64,000 nt of DNA from contig OZ024749.1 of the NCBI GenBank assembly GCA_964016885.1, positions 10,044,001-10,108,000 of the forward strand. Direction: 5' to 3'. The stretch's first letter is position 1; each line of letters starts with the position of its first letter. The notes under the pieces were generated by a model, which made no database searches, was not told where the DNA came from, and saw nothing but the letters and a program-made list of their open reading frames with translations. Made by a program: the position numbers and the translations under genes. This stretch comes from Eledone cirrhosa (lineage: Eukaryota). Shown here piece after piece: positions 48,901-61,500 of the stretch.

Positions 48901-51900
48901 AGACCCAGTCCTCACTCTCCTTGGGGCTTGAGTCAGACTTTAGACCCAGTCCTCACTCTCCTTCTTGGGGCTTGAGTCAGACTTTAGACCCAGTCCTCAC
49001 TCTCCTCCTTGGGGCTTGAGTCAGCGTTTAGACTTTAGACCCAGTCCTCACTCTCCTTGGGGCTTGAGTCAGACTTTAGACTTTAGATCCAGTCCTCACT
49101 TTCCTTGGGGCTATAGTTAGACTTTAGATCCAGTCTTCACTCTCCTCCTTGGGGCTTGAGTCAGACTTTAGACCCACTCCTCACTCTCCTCCTTGGAACT
49201 TGAGTTAGACTTTAGACCCAGTCCTCATTCTCCTCCTTGGGGTTTGGGTCAGACTTTAGACCCAGTCCTCACTCTCCTCCTTGGGGCTTGAGTCAGACTT
49301 TAGACTTTAGACCCAGTCCTAACTCTCCTCCTTGGGGCTTGAGTCAGACTTTAGACCCACTCTTCACTCTCCTCCTTGGGCTTAAGTCAGACTTTAGACC
49401 CACTCCTCACTCTCCTCCTTGGGCTTAAGTCAGACTTTAGACCCAGTCCTCATTCTCCTCTTTGGGGCTTGAGTCAGAAATTAGACCCAGTCCTCACTCT
49501 CCTCCTTGGGGATTGAGTTAGACTTTAGACCCAGTCCTCACTCTCCTCCTTGGGGCTTGAGTCAGACTTTAGACTTTAGAGCCAGTCCTCACTCTCCTCC
49601 TTGGGGCTTGAGTTAGACTTTAGACCCAGTCCTCACTCTTCTCCTTGGGGCTTGAGTTAGACTTTAGACCCAGTCCTCACTCTGCTTCTTGGGGCTTGAG
49701 TCAGACTTTAGACCCAGTCCTCACTCTCCTCCTTGAGGCATGAGTTAGACTTTAGACCCAGTCCTCACGCTCCTCCTTGGGGCTTGAGTCAGACTTTAGA
49801 CCCGGTCCTCACTCTCCTTGGGGCTTGAGTCAGACTTTAGACTTTAGACTCAGTCCTCACTCTCCTTCTTGGGGTTTGCGTCAGACTTTACACTTTAGAC
49901 CCAGTCCCCACTCTCCTCCTTGGGGCTTGAGCTAGACTTTAGACCCAGTCCTCACTCTCCTCCTTGGGGCTTGAGTTAGACTTTAGAGCCAGTCTTCACT
50001 CTCCTCCTTGGGGCTTGAGCTAGACTTTAGACCCACTCCTCACTCTCCTCATTGGGGCTTGAGTCAGACTTTAGACTTTAGACCCAGACCTCACTCTCCT
50101 CCTTGGGGCTTGAGTTAGATTTAGACTCAGTCCTCACTCTCCTTCTTGGGGCTTGAGTCAGAATTTAGACCCAGTCCTCACTCTCCTCCTTGGGGATTGA
50201 GTTAGACATTTGACCCAGTCCTCACTCTCCTCCTTGGGGCTTGAGTCAGACTTTAGACCCAGTCCTCACTCTCCTCCTTGGGGCTTGAGTCAGACTTTAG
50301 GCCCAGTCCTCACTCTCCTCCTTGGGGCTTGAGTCAGACTTTAGGCCCAGTCCTCACTCTCCTCCTTGGGGCTTGAGTTAAACTTTAGACATTAGACCCA
50401 GTCCTCACTCTCCTTCTTGGGGCTTGAGTCAGACTTTAGACCCAGTCCTCACTCTCCTCCTTGGGGCTTGGGTTAGACATTAGTCCCAGTCCTCACTCTC
50501 CTTCTTGGAGCTTGAGTCAGACTTTAGACACAGTCCTCACTCTCCTCCTTGGGGGTTGAGTCAGATTTTAGACCCAGTCCTCACTCTCCTTCTTAGGGCT
50601 TGAGTGAGACTTTAGACCCAGTCCTCACTCTCCTCCTTGGGGCTTGAGTTAGACTTTAGACCCAGTCCTCACTCTTCTCCTTGGGGCTTGAGTTAGACTT
50701 TAGACCCAGTCCTCACTCTGCTTCTTGGGGCTTGAGTCAGACTTTAGACCCAGTCCTCACTCTCCTCCTTGAGGCATGAGTTAGACTTTAGACCCAGTCC
50801 TCACGCTCCTCCTTGGGGCTTGAGTCAGACTTTAGACTCAGTCCTCACTCTCCTTGGGGCTTGAGACAGACTTTAGACTTTAGACTCAGTCCTCACTCTC
50901 CTTCTTGGGGTTTGCGTCAGACTTTACACTTTAGACCCAGTCCTCACTCTCCTCCTTGGGGCTTGAGCTAGACTTTAGACCCAGTCCTCACTCTCCTCCT
51001 TGGGGCTTGAGTTAGACTTTAGACCCAGTCCTCACTCTCCTCCTTGGGGCTTGAGTCAGACTTTAGGCCCAGTCCTCACTCTCCTCCTTGGGGCTTGAGT
51101 TAAACTTTAGACATTAGACCCAGTCCTCACTCTCCTTCTTGGGGCTTGAGTCAGACTTTAGACCCAGTCCTCACTCTCCTCCTTGGGGCTTGGGTTAGAC
51201 ATTAGTCCCAGTCCTCACTCTCCTTCTTGGAGCTTGAGTCAGACTTTAGACACAGTCCTCACTCTCCTCCTTGGGGCTTGAGTCAGATTTTAGACCCAGT
51301 CCTCACTCTCCTTCTTAGGGCTTGAGTCAGACTTTAGACCCAGTCCTCACTCTTTTACTGGTGGCTTGAGTCAGACTTTAGACCCAGTCCTCACTATCCT
51401 TGGGGCTTGAGTTAGACTTTAGACTCAGTCCTCACTCTCCTTCTTGGGGCTTGAGTTAGAATTTAGACCCAGTCCTCACTCTCTGCCTTGGGGCTTGAGC
51501 TAGACTTTAGAACCAGTCCTCACTCTCCTCCTTGGGGCTTGAGTTAGACTTTAGACTTCAGACCCAGTCCTCACTCTCCTTCTTGGGGCTTGAGTCAGAC
51601 TTTAGACCCAGTCCTCACTCTCCTCCTTGGGGCTTGAGTCAGACTTGAGACCCAGTCCTCACTCTCCTCCTTGAGACTTGAGTCAGACTTTAGACCCAGT
51701 CCTCACTCTCCTCCTTGGGGCTTGAGTCAGACTTTAGACCCAGTCCTCACTCTCCTCCTTGGGCCTTGAGTTAGACTTTAGACCCAGTCCTCACTCGCAT
51801 TCTTGGGGCTTGAGTCAGACTTTAGACCCAGTCCTCACTCTCCTTTTTGGCGCTTGAGTCAGACTTTAGACCCAGTCCTCACTCTCCTTCTTGGGGCTTG

Positions 51901-53000
51901 AGTCAGACTTTAGACCCAGTCCTTACTCTCCTTGGGGCTTGAGTCAGACTTTAGACTTTAGATCCAGTCTTCACTCTCCTCCTTGGGGCTTGAGTCAGAC
52001 TTTATACTTTAGACCCAGTCCTCACTCTCCTCCTTGGGACTTGAGTCAGACTTTAGACCCAGTCCTCTCTCTCCTCCTTGGAGCTTGAGTTAGACTTTAG
52101 ACCCAGTCCTCACTCTCCTTCTTGGGGCTTGAGTCAGACTTTAGACCCAGTCCTCACTCTCCTTGGGGCTTGAGTCAGACTTTAGACTTTAGACCCAGTC
52201 CTCACTCTCCACCTTGAGACTTGAGTCAGACTTTAGACCCAGTCCTCACTCTCCTCCTTGGGGCTTGAGTCAGACTTTAGACCCAGTCCTCACTCTCCTC
52301 CTTGGGCCTTGAGTTATACTTTAGACCCAGTCCTCACTCTCCTTGGGGCTTGAGTCAGACTTTAGACTTTAGACCCAGTCCTCACTCTCCTTCTTGGGGC
52401 TTGAGTCAGACTTTAGACCCAGTCCTCACTCTCCTCCTTGGGGCTTGAGTCAGACTTTAGACCCAGTCCTCACTCTCCTCCTTGGGCCTTGAGTTATACT
52501 TTAGACCCAGTCCTCACTCTCCTTGGGGCTTGAGTCAGACTTTAGACTTTAGACCCAGTCCCCACTCTCCTCCTTGGGGCTTGAGCTAGACTTTAGACCC
52601 AGTCCTCACTCTTCTCCTTGGGGCTTGAGTTAGACTTTAGACCCAGTCCTCACTCTCCTTCTTGGGGCTTGAGTCAGACTTTAGACCCAGTCCTCACCCT
52701 CCTCCTTGGGGCTTGAGTTAGACTTTAGACCCAGTCCTCACGCTCCTCCTTGGGGCTTGAGTCAGACTTTAGACCCACTCCTCACTCTCCTCCTTGGGGT
52801 TTGAGTCAGACTTTAGAACCAGTCCTCACTCTCCTTGGGGCTTGAGTCAGACTTGAGACCCAGTCCTCACTCTCCTCCTTGGGGCTTGAGTCAGAATTTA
52901 GACCCAGTCCTCACTCTCCTCCTTGGGGATTGAGTTAGACTTTAGACCCACTCCTCACTCTCCTCCTTGGGGCTTGAGTCAGACCTTAGACTCAGTTCTC
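45900..53000 (+). repeat. Domain C: more diverged monomers with only short local duplications (0.7-1.0 kb)
   Basis: There are many private variants. CAGTGCTCAC occurs at 46286 and 46971 (685 apart), GAGGCATGAG at ~49735 and 50771, and CATTAGTCCC at ~47501, 50478 and 51200. Confidence 0.7.
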
Positions 53001-56000
53001 ACTCTCCTTGGGGCTTGAGTCAGACTTTAGACTTTAGACTCAGTCCTCACTCTCCTCCTTGGGGATTGAGTTAGACTTTAGACCCAGTCCTCACTCTCTT
53101 CCTTGGGGCTTGAGTCAGACTTTAGACCCAGTCCTAACTCTCTTCCTTCGGGCTTGAGTCAGACTTTAGACTTTAGACCCATACCTCACTCTCCTCCTTG
53201 GGGCTTGAGTTAGATTTAGACTCAGTCCACACTCTCCTTCTTGGGGCTTGAGTCAGAATTTAGACCCAGTCCTCACTCTCCTCCTTGGGGATTGAGTTAG
53301 ACTTTAGACCCAGTCCTCACTCTCCTCCTTGGGGCTTGAGTTAGACTTTAGACCCAGTCCTCACTCTCCTCCTTGGGGGTCGGGTCAGACTTTAAACTTT
53401 AGACCCAGTCCTCACTCTCCTTGGGACTTGAGCCAGGCTTTAGACCCAGTCCTCGCTCCTCCTTCGGGCTTTAATCAGATTTTCGACCCAGTCCTCATTC
53501 TCCTTCTTGGGGTTTGAGTCAGACTTTAGACTTTAGACCCAGTCCTCACTCTCCTCCTTCAGGCTTTAATCAGATTTTAGACTCAGTCCTCACTCTCCTT
53601 CTTGGGGTTTGAGTCAGACTTTAGACCCAGTCCTCACTCTCCTCCTTGGGGCTTGAGCTAGACTTTAGACCCATTCCTCACTCTCCTCCTTGGGGCTTAA
53701 GTCACACTTTAGACCCAGTCCTCACTCTCCTCCTTGGGGCTTGAGTCAGACTTTAGACCCAGTCCTCACTCTCCTTCTTGGGGCTAGAGTCAGACTTTAG
53801 ACCCAGTCCTCACTCTCCTCCTTGGAGCTTGAGTTAGACTTTTGACCCAGTCCTCACTCTCCTCCTTGGGGCTTGAGTCAGACTTTAGACCCAGTCCTCA
53901 CTCTCCTCCTTGGGGCTTGAGTCAGACTTTAGACTTTAGACCCAGTCCTCACTCTCCTCCTTGAGGCTTGAGTCAGGCTTTAGACTTTAGACCCAGTCCC
54001 CACTCTCCTCCTTGGGGTTTGAGTCAGACTTTAGACCCACTCCTCACTCTCCTCCTTGGGCTTAAGTCAGAATTTAGACCCAGTCCTCACTCTCCTCCTT
54101 GGGGATTGAGTTAGACTTTAGACCCAGTCCTCACTCTCTTCCTTGGGGCTTGAGTCAGACTTTAGACCCAGTCCTAACTCTCTTCCTTCGGGCTTGAGTC
54201 AGACTTTAGACTTTAGACCCATACCTCACTCTCCTACTTGGGGCTTGAGTTAGATTTAGACTCAGTCCTCACTCTCCTTCTTGCGGCTTGAGTCAGATTT
54301 TAGACTTTAGACCCAGTCCTCACTCTCCTCCTTGGGGCTTGGGTCAGACTTTAGACCCAGTCCTCACTCTCCTCTTTGGGGCTTGGGTTAGACATTAGAC
54401 CCAGTCCTCACTCTCCTTGTTGGGGCTTGAGTCAGACTTTATACCCAGTCCTCACTCTCCTCCTTGGGGCTTTAATAAGATTTTAGACCCAGTCCTCATT
54501 CTCCTTCTTGGGGCTTGAGTCAGACTTTAGACCCAGTCCTCACGCTCCTCCTTGGGGCTTGAGTCAGACTTTAGACCCAGTCTTCACTCTCCTCCTTGGG
54601 GCTTGAGTTAGACTTTAGACTCAGTCCTCACTCTCCTTCTTGGGGCTTGACTCAGACTTTAGACCCAGTCCTCACTCTCCTCCTTGGGGCTTGAGCTAGA
54701 CTTTAGACCCAGTCCTCACTCTTCTCCTTGGGGCTTGAGTTAGACTTTAGACCCAGTCCTCACTCTCCTTCTTGGGGCTTGAGTCAGACTTTAGACCCAG
54801 TCCTCACTCTCCTCCTTAAGGCTTGAGTTAGACTTTAGAACGAGTCCTCACGCTCCTCCTTGGGGCTTGAGTCAGACTTTAGACCCAGTCCTCACTCTCC
54901 TTGGGGCTTGAGTCAGACTTTAGACTTTAGACTCAGTCCTAACTCTCCTTCTTGGGGTTTGCGTCAGACTTTACACTTTAGACCCAGTCCTCACTCTCCT
55001 CCTTGGGGCTTGAGCTAGACTTTAGACCCAGTCCTCACTCTCCTCCTTGGGGCTTGAGTTAGACTTTAGACCCAATCCTCACTCTCCTCCTTGGGGCTTG
55101 AGTCAGACTTTAGACCCAGTCCTCACTCTCCTCCTTGGGGCTTGAGTTAAACTTTAGACTTTAGACCCAGTCCTCACTCTCCTCCTTGAGGCTTGAGTCA
55201 GGCTTTAGACTTTAGACCCAGTCCCCACTCTCCTCCTTGGGGTTTGAGTCAGACTTTAGACCCACTCCTCACTCTCCTCCTTGGGCTTAAGTCAGAATTT
55301 AGACCCAGTCCTCACTCTCCTTCTTGGAGCTTGAGTCAGACTTTAGACCCAGTCCTCACTCTCCTTCTTGGGGCTAGAGTCAGACTTTAGACCCAGCCCT
55401 CACTCTCCTCCTTGGAGCTTGAGTTAGACTTTAGACCCAGTCCTCACTCTCCTCCTTGGGGCTTGAGTTAGACATTTGACCCAGTCCTCACTCTCCTCCT
55501 TGGGGCTTGAGTCAGACTTTAGACCCAGTCCTCACTCTCCTCTTTGGGGCTTGAGTCAGAATTTAGACCCAGTCATCACTCTCCTCCTTGGGGATTGAGT
55601 TAGACTTTAGACCCAGTCCTCACTCTCCTCCTTGGGGCTTGGGTTAGACATTAGACCCAGTCCTCACTCTCCTTCTTGGAGCTTGAGTCAGACTTTAGAC
55701 CCAGTCCTCACTCTCCTCCTTGGGGCTTGAGTTAGACTTTAGATCCAGTCTTCACTCTCCTCCTTGGGGCTTGAGTCAGACTTTAGACTTTAGACCCAGT
55801 CCTCACTCTCCTCCTTGGGACTTGAGTCAGACTTTAGACCCAATCCTCACTCTCCTTCTTGGGGCTTGAATCAGACTTTAAACCCAGTCCTCACTCTCCT
55901 CCTTGGGGCTTGAGTTAGACTTTAGACCCAGTCCTCACTCTCCTCCTTGGGGCTTGAGTCAGACCTTAGACTCAGTTCTCACTCTCCTTGGGGCTTGAGT

Positions 56001-58500
56001 CAGACTTTAGTCTTTAGACTCAGTCCTCACTCTCCTCCTTGGGGATTGAGTTAGACTTTAGACCCAGTCCTCACTCTCTTCCTTGGGGCTTGAGTCAGAC
56101 TTTAGACCCAGTCCTAACTCTCTTCCTTCGGGCTTGAGTCAGACTTTAGACTTTAGACCCATACCTCACTCTCCTACTTGGGGCTTGAGTTAGATTTAGA
56201 CTCAGTCCTCACTCTCCTTCTTGCGGCTTGAGTCAGATTTTAGACTTTAGACCCAGTCCTCACTCTCCTCCTTGGGGCTTGGGTCAGACTTTAGACCCAG
56301 TCCTCACTCTCCTCTTTGGGGCTTGGGTTAGACATTAGACCCAGTCCTCACTCTCCTTGTTGGGGCTTGAGTCAGACTTTAGACCCAGTCCTCACTCTCC
56401 TCCTTGGGGCTTTAATAAGATTTTAGACCCAGTCCTCATTCTCCTTCTTGGGGCTTGAGTCAGACTTTAGACCCAGTCCTCACGCTCCTCCTTGGGGCTT
56501 GAGTCAGACTTTAGACCCAGTCTTCACTCTCCTCCTTGGGGCTTGAGTTAGACTTTAGACTCAGTCCTCACTCTCCTTCTTGGGGCTTGACTCAGACTTT
56601 AGACCCAGTCCTCACTCTCCTCCTTGGGGCTTGAGCTAGACTTTAGACCCAGTCCTCACTCTTCTCCTTGGGGCTTGAGTTAGACTTTAGACCCAGTCCT
56701 CACTCTCCTTCTTGGGGCTTGAGTCAGACTTTAGACCCAGTCCTCACTCTCCTCCTTAAGGCTTGAGTTAGACTTTAGACCGAGTCCTCACGCTCCTCCT
56801 TGGGGCTTGAGTCAGACTTTAGACCCAGTCCTCACTCTCCTTGGGGCTTGAGTCAGACTTTAGACTTTAGACTCAGTCCTAACTCTCCTTCTTGGGGTTT
56901 GCGTCAGACTTTACACTTTAGACCCAGTCCTCACTCTCCTCCTTGGGGCTTGAGCTAGACTTTAGACCCAGTCCTCACTCTCCTCCTTGGGGCTTGAGTT
57001 AGACTTTAGACCCAATCCTCACTCTCCTCCTTGGGGCTTGAGTCAGACTTTAGACCCAGTCCTCACTCTCCTCCTTGGGGCTTGAGTTAAACTTTAGACT
57101 TTAGACCCAGTCCTCACTCTCCTCCTTGAGGCTTGAGTCAGGCTTTAGACTTTAGACCCAGTCCCCACTCTCCTCCTTGGGGTTTGAGTCAGACTTTAGA
57201 CCCACTCCTCACTCTCCTCCTTGGGCTTAAGTCAGAATTTAGACCCAGTCCTCACTCTCCTTCTTGGAGCTTGAGTCAGACTTTAGACCCAGTCCTCACT
57301 CTCCTTCTTGGGGCTAGAGTCAAACTGTAGACCCAGCCCTCACTCTCCTCCTTGGAGCTTGAGTTAGACTTTAGACCCAGTCCTCACTCTCCTCCTTGGG
57401 GCTTGAGTTAGACATTTGACCCAGTCCTCACTCTCCTCCTTGGGGCTTGAGTCAGACTTTAGACCCAGTCCTCACTCTCCTCTTTGGGGCTTGAGTCAGA
57501 ATTTAGACCCAGTCATCACTCTCCTCCTTGGGGATTGAGTCAGACTTTAGACCCAGTCCTCACTCTCCTCCTTGGGGCTTGAGTTAGACTTTAGATCCAG
57601 TCTTCACTCTCCTCCTTGGGGCTTGAGTCAGACTTTAGACTTTAGACCCAGTCCTCACTCTCCTCCTTGGGACTTGAGTCAGACTTTAGACCCAATCCTC
57701 ACTCTCCTTCTTGGGGCTTGAATCAGACTTTAAACCCAGTCCTCACTCTCCTCCTTGGGGCTTGAGTTAGACTTTAGACCCAGTCCTCACTCTCCTCCTT
57801 GGGGCTTGAGTCAGACCTTAGACTCAGTTCTCACTCTCCTTGGGGCTTGAGTCAGACTTTAGACTTTAGACTCAGTCCTCACTCTCCTTCTTGGGGTTTG
57901 AGTCAGATTTAGACTTTAGACCCAGTCCTCACTCTCCTCCTTGGGGCTTGAGCTAGACTTTAGACCCAGTCCTCACTCTCCTCCTTGGGGCTTGAGTTAG
58001 ACTTTAGACCCAGTCCTCACTCTCCTTCTTGGGGCTTGAGTCAGACTTTAGACCCAGTCCTCACTCTCCTCCTTGGGGCTTGAGTTAAACTTTAGACTTT
58101 AGACCCAGTCCTCACTCTCCTCCTTGGGGCTTGGGTCAGACTTTAGACTTTAGACCCAGTCCTCACTCTCCTCCTTGGGACTTGAGCCAGACTTTAGACC
58201 CAATCCTGACTCTCCTCCTTGGGGCTTGAGTTAGACTTTAGACCCAGTCCTCAATCTCCTCCTTGGGGCTTGAGTCAGACTTTAGACTTTAGACTCAGTC
58301 CTCACTCTCCTTCTTGGGGCTTGAGTTAGACTTTAGACCCAGTCCTCACTCTCCTCCTTGGGGCTTGGGGCAGATTTTAGACTTTAGACTCAGTCCTCAC
58401 TCTCCTCTTTGGGGCTTGAGTTAGACTTTAGACCCAGTACTCACTCTCCTCCTTGGGGCTTGAGTCAGACTTTAGACCCAGTCCTCACTCTCCTCCTTGG
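53000..58500 (+). repeat. Domain D: contains a 1,940-bp tandem duplication
   Basis: Near-identical ORFs start at 55193 and 57133. CCTTGTTGGGG occurs at ~54415 and ~56355, and TTTAATAAGA at 54471 and 56411. All offsets are 1940. Confidence 0.8.
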
Positions 58501-61500
58501 GGCTTGAGTTAGACTTTAGATCCAGTCTTCACTCTCCTCCTTGGGGCTTGAGTCAGACTTTAGACTTTAGACCCAGTCCTCACTCTCCTTCTTGGGACTT
58601 GAGTCAGACTTTAGACCCAATCCTCACTCTCCTTCTTGGGGCTTGAATCAGACTTTAGACCCAGTCCTCACTCTCCTCCTTGGGGCTTGAGTTAGACTTT
58701 AGACTTTAGACTCAGTCCTCACTCTCCTACTTGGGGTTTGAGTCAGACTTTAGACTTTAGACCCAGTCCTCACTCTCCTCCCTGGGCCTTGAGCTAGACT
58801 TTAGACCCAGTCCTCACTCTCCTCCTTGGGGCTTGAGTTAGACTTTAGACCCAGTCCTCACTCTCCTCCTTGGGGCTTGAGTCAGACTTTAGACCCAGTC
58901 CTCACTCTCCTCCTTGGGGCTTGAGTTAAACTTTAGACTTTAGACCCAGTCCTCACTCTCCTTCTTAGGGCTTGAGTCAGACCATAGACCCAGTCCTCAC
59001 TCTCCTTCTTGGAGCTTGAGTCAGACTTTAGACCCAGTCCTCACTCTCCTTCTTGGGGCTAGAGTCAGACTTTAGACCCAGCCCTCACTCTCCTCCTTGG
59101 AGCTTGAGTTAGACTTTAGACCCAGTCCTCACTCTCCTCCTTGGGGCTTGAGTCAGACTTTAGATCCAGTCCTCACTCTCCTCTTTGGGGCTTGAGTCAG
59201 AATTTAGACCCAGTCATCACTCTCCTCCTTGGGGATTGAGTTAGACTTTAGACCCAGTCCTCACTCTCCTCCTTGGGGCTTGGGTTAGACATTAGACCCA
59301 GTCCTCACTCTCCTTCTTGGAGCTTGAGTCAGACTTTAGACCCAGTCCTCACTCTCCTCCTTGGGGCTTGAGTCAGATTTTAGACCCAGTCCTCACTCTC
59401 CTTCTTAGGGCTTGAGTCAGACTTTAGACCCAGTCCTCACTCTCCTCCTTGGGGCTTGAGTTAGACTTTAGACCCAGTCCTCACTCTCCTCCTTGGGACT
59501 TGAGTCAGACTTTAGACCCAGTCCTCACTATCCTTGGGGCTTGAGTTAGACTTTAGACTCAGTCCTCACTCTCCTTCTTGGGGCTTGAGTCAGACTTTAG
59601 AATTTAGACCCAGTCCTCACTCTCCTCCTTGGGGCTTGAGCTAGACTTTAGACCCAGTCCTCACTCTCCTCCTTGGGACTTGAGTCAGACTTTAGACCCA
59701 GTCCTCACTCTCCTCCTTGGGGCTTGGGTCAGCCTTTAGACTTTAGACCCAGTCCTCACTCTCCTCCTTGGGACTTGTGCCAGACTTTAGACCCAGTCCT
59801 CACTCTCCTCCTTGGGACTTGAGTCAGACTTTAGACCCAGTCCTCACTATCCTTGGGGCTTGAGTTAGACTTTAGACTCAGTCCTCACTCTCCTTCTTGG
59901 GGTTTGAGTCAGACTTTAGACTTGAGACCCAGTCCTCACTCTCCTCCTTGGGACTTGTGCCAGACTTTAGACCCAGTCCTCACTCTCCTCCTTGGGACTT
60001 GAGTCAGACTTTAGACCCAGTCCTCACTCTCCTCCTTGGGACTTGAGTCAGACTTTAGACCCAGTCCTCACTCTCCTCCTTGGGGCTTGAGTTAGACTTT
60101 AGACCCAGTCCTCACTCTCCTCCATGGGGCTTGAGTCAGACTTTAGACCCAGTCCTCACTCTCCTTGGGGCTTGAGTCAGACTTTAGACTTTAGACTCAG
60201 TCCTCACTCTCCTTCTTGGGGTTTGAGTCAGTCTTTAGACTTTAGACCCAGTCCTCACTCTCCTCCTTGGGGCTTGAGCTAGACTTTAGACCTAGTCCTC
60301 ACTCTCCTCCTTGGGGCTTGAGTTAGACATTTGACCCAGTCCTCACTCTCCTCTTTGGGGCATGAGTCAGAATTTAGACCCAGTCTTCACTCTCCTCCTT
60401 GGGGATTGAGTTAGACTTTAGACCCAGTCCTCACTCTCCTCCTTGGGGCTTGAGTCAGACTTTAGACCCAGTCCTCACTCTCCTTGGGGCTTGAGTCAGA
60501 CTTTAGACCCAGTCCTCACTCACCTCCTTGGGGCTTGAGTTAGATTTAGACTCAGTCCTCACTCTCCTTCTTGGGGCTTGAGTCAGACTTTAGACTTTAG
60601 ACCCAGTCCTCACTCTCCTCCTTGAGGCTTGATTTATACTTTAGACCCAGTCCTCACCCCCTTCCTTGGGGCTTGGGTCAGACGTTAGACCCAGTCCTCA
60701 CTCTCCTCCTTGGGGCTTGAGTTAGACTTTAGATCCAGTCTTCACTCTCCTCCTTGGGGCTTGAGTCAGACTTTAGACTTTAGACCCAGTCCTCACTCTC
60801 CTCCTTGGGACTTGAGTCAGACTTTAGACCCAATCCTCACTCTCCTTCTTGGGGCTTGAATCAGACTTTAGACCCAGTCCTCACTCTCCTCCTTGGGGCT
60901 TGAGTTAGACTTTAGACTTTAGACTCAGTCCTCACTCTCCTACTTGGGGTTTGAGTCAGACTTTAGACTTTAGACCCAGTCCTCACTCTCCTCCTTGGGC
61001 CTTGAGCTAGACTTTAGACCCAGTCCTCACTCTCCTCCTTGGGGCTTGAGTTAGACTTTAGACCCAGTCCTCACTCTCCTCCTTGGGGCTTGAGTCAGAC
61101 TTTAGACCCAGTCCTCACTCTCCTCCTTGGGGCTTGAGTTAAACTTTAGACTTTAGACCCAGTCCTCACTCTCCTTCTTGGGGCTTGAGTCAGACTTTAG
61201 ACCCAGTCCTCACTCTCCTTCTTGGAGCTTGAGTCAGACTTTAGACCCAGTCCTCACTCTCCTTCTTGGGGCTAGAGTCAGACTTTAGACCCAGCCCTCA
61301 CTCTCCTCCTTGGAGCTTGAGTTAGACTTTAGACCCAGTCGTCACTCTCCTCCTTGGGGCTTGAGTTAGACATTTGACCCAGTCCTCACTCTCCTCCTTG
61401 GGGCTTGAGTCAGACTTTAGACCCAGTCCTCACTCTCCTCTTTGGGGCTTGAGTCAGAATTTAGACCCAGTCATCACTCTCCTCCTTGGGGATTGAGTTA

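Noticed and set aside
1174-57330. The 24 listed 61-82 aa ORFs (MGLESDFRP..., MGLELDFRP..., MSQALDFRP...)
   Set aside because: They start at TTG inside the repeat and are translations of 4-6 monomers in which indels happen to dodge stop codons. They recur only because the HOR recurs, so I used them only as positional markers.
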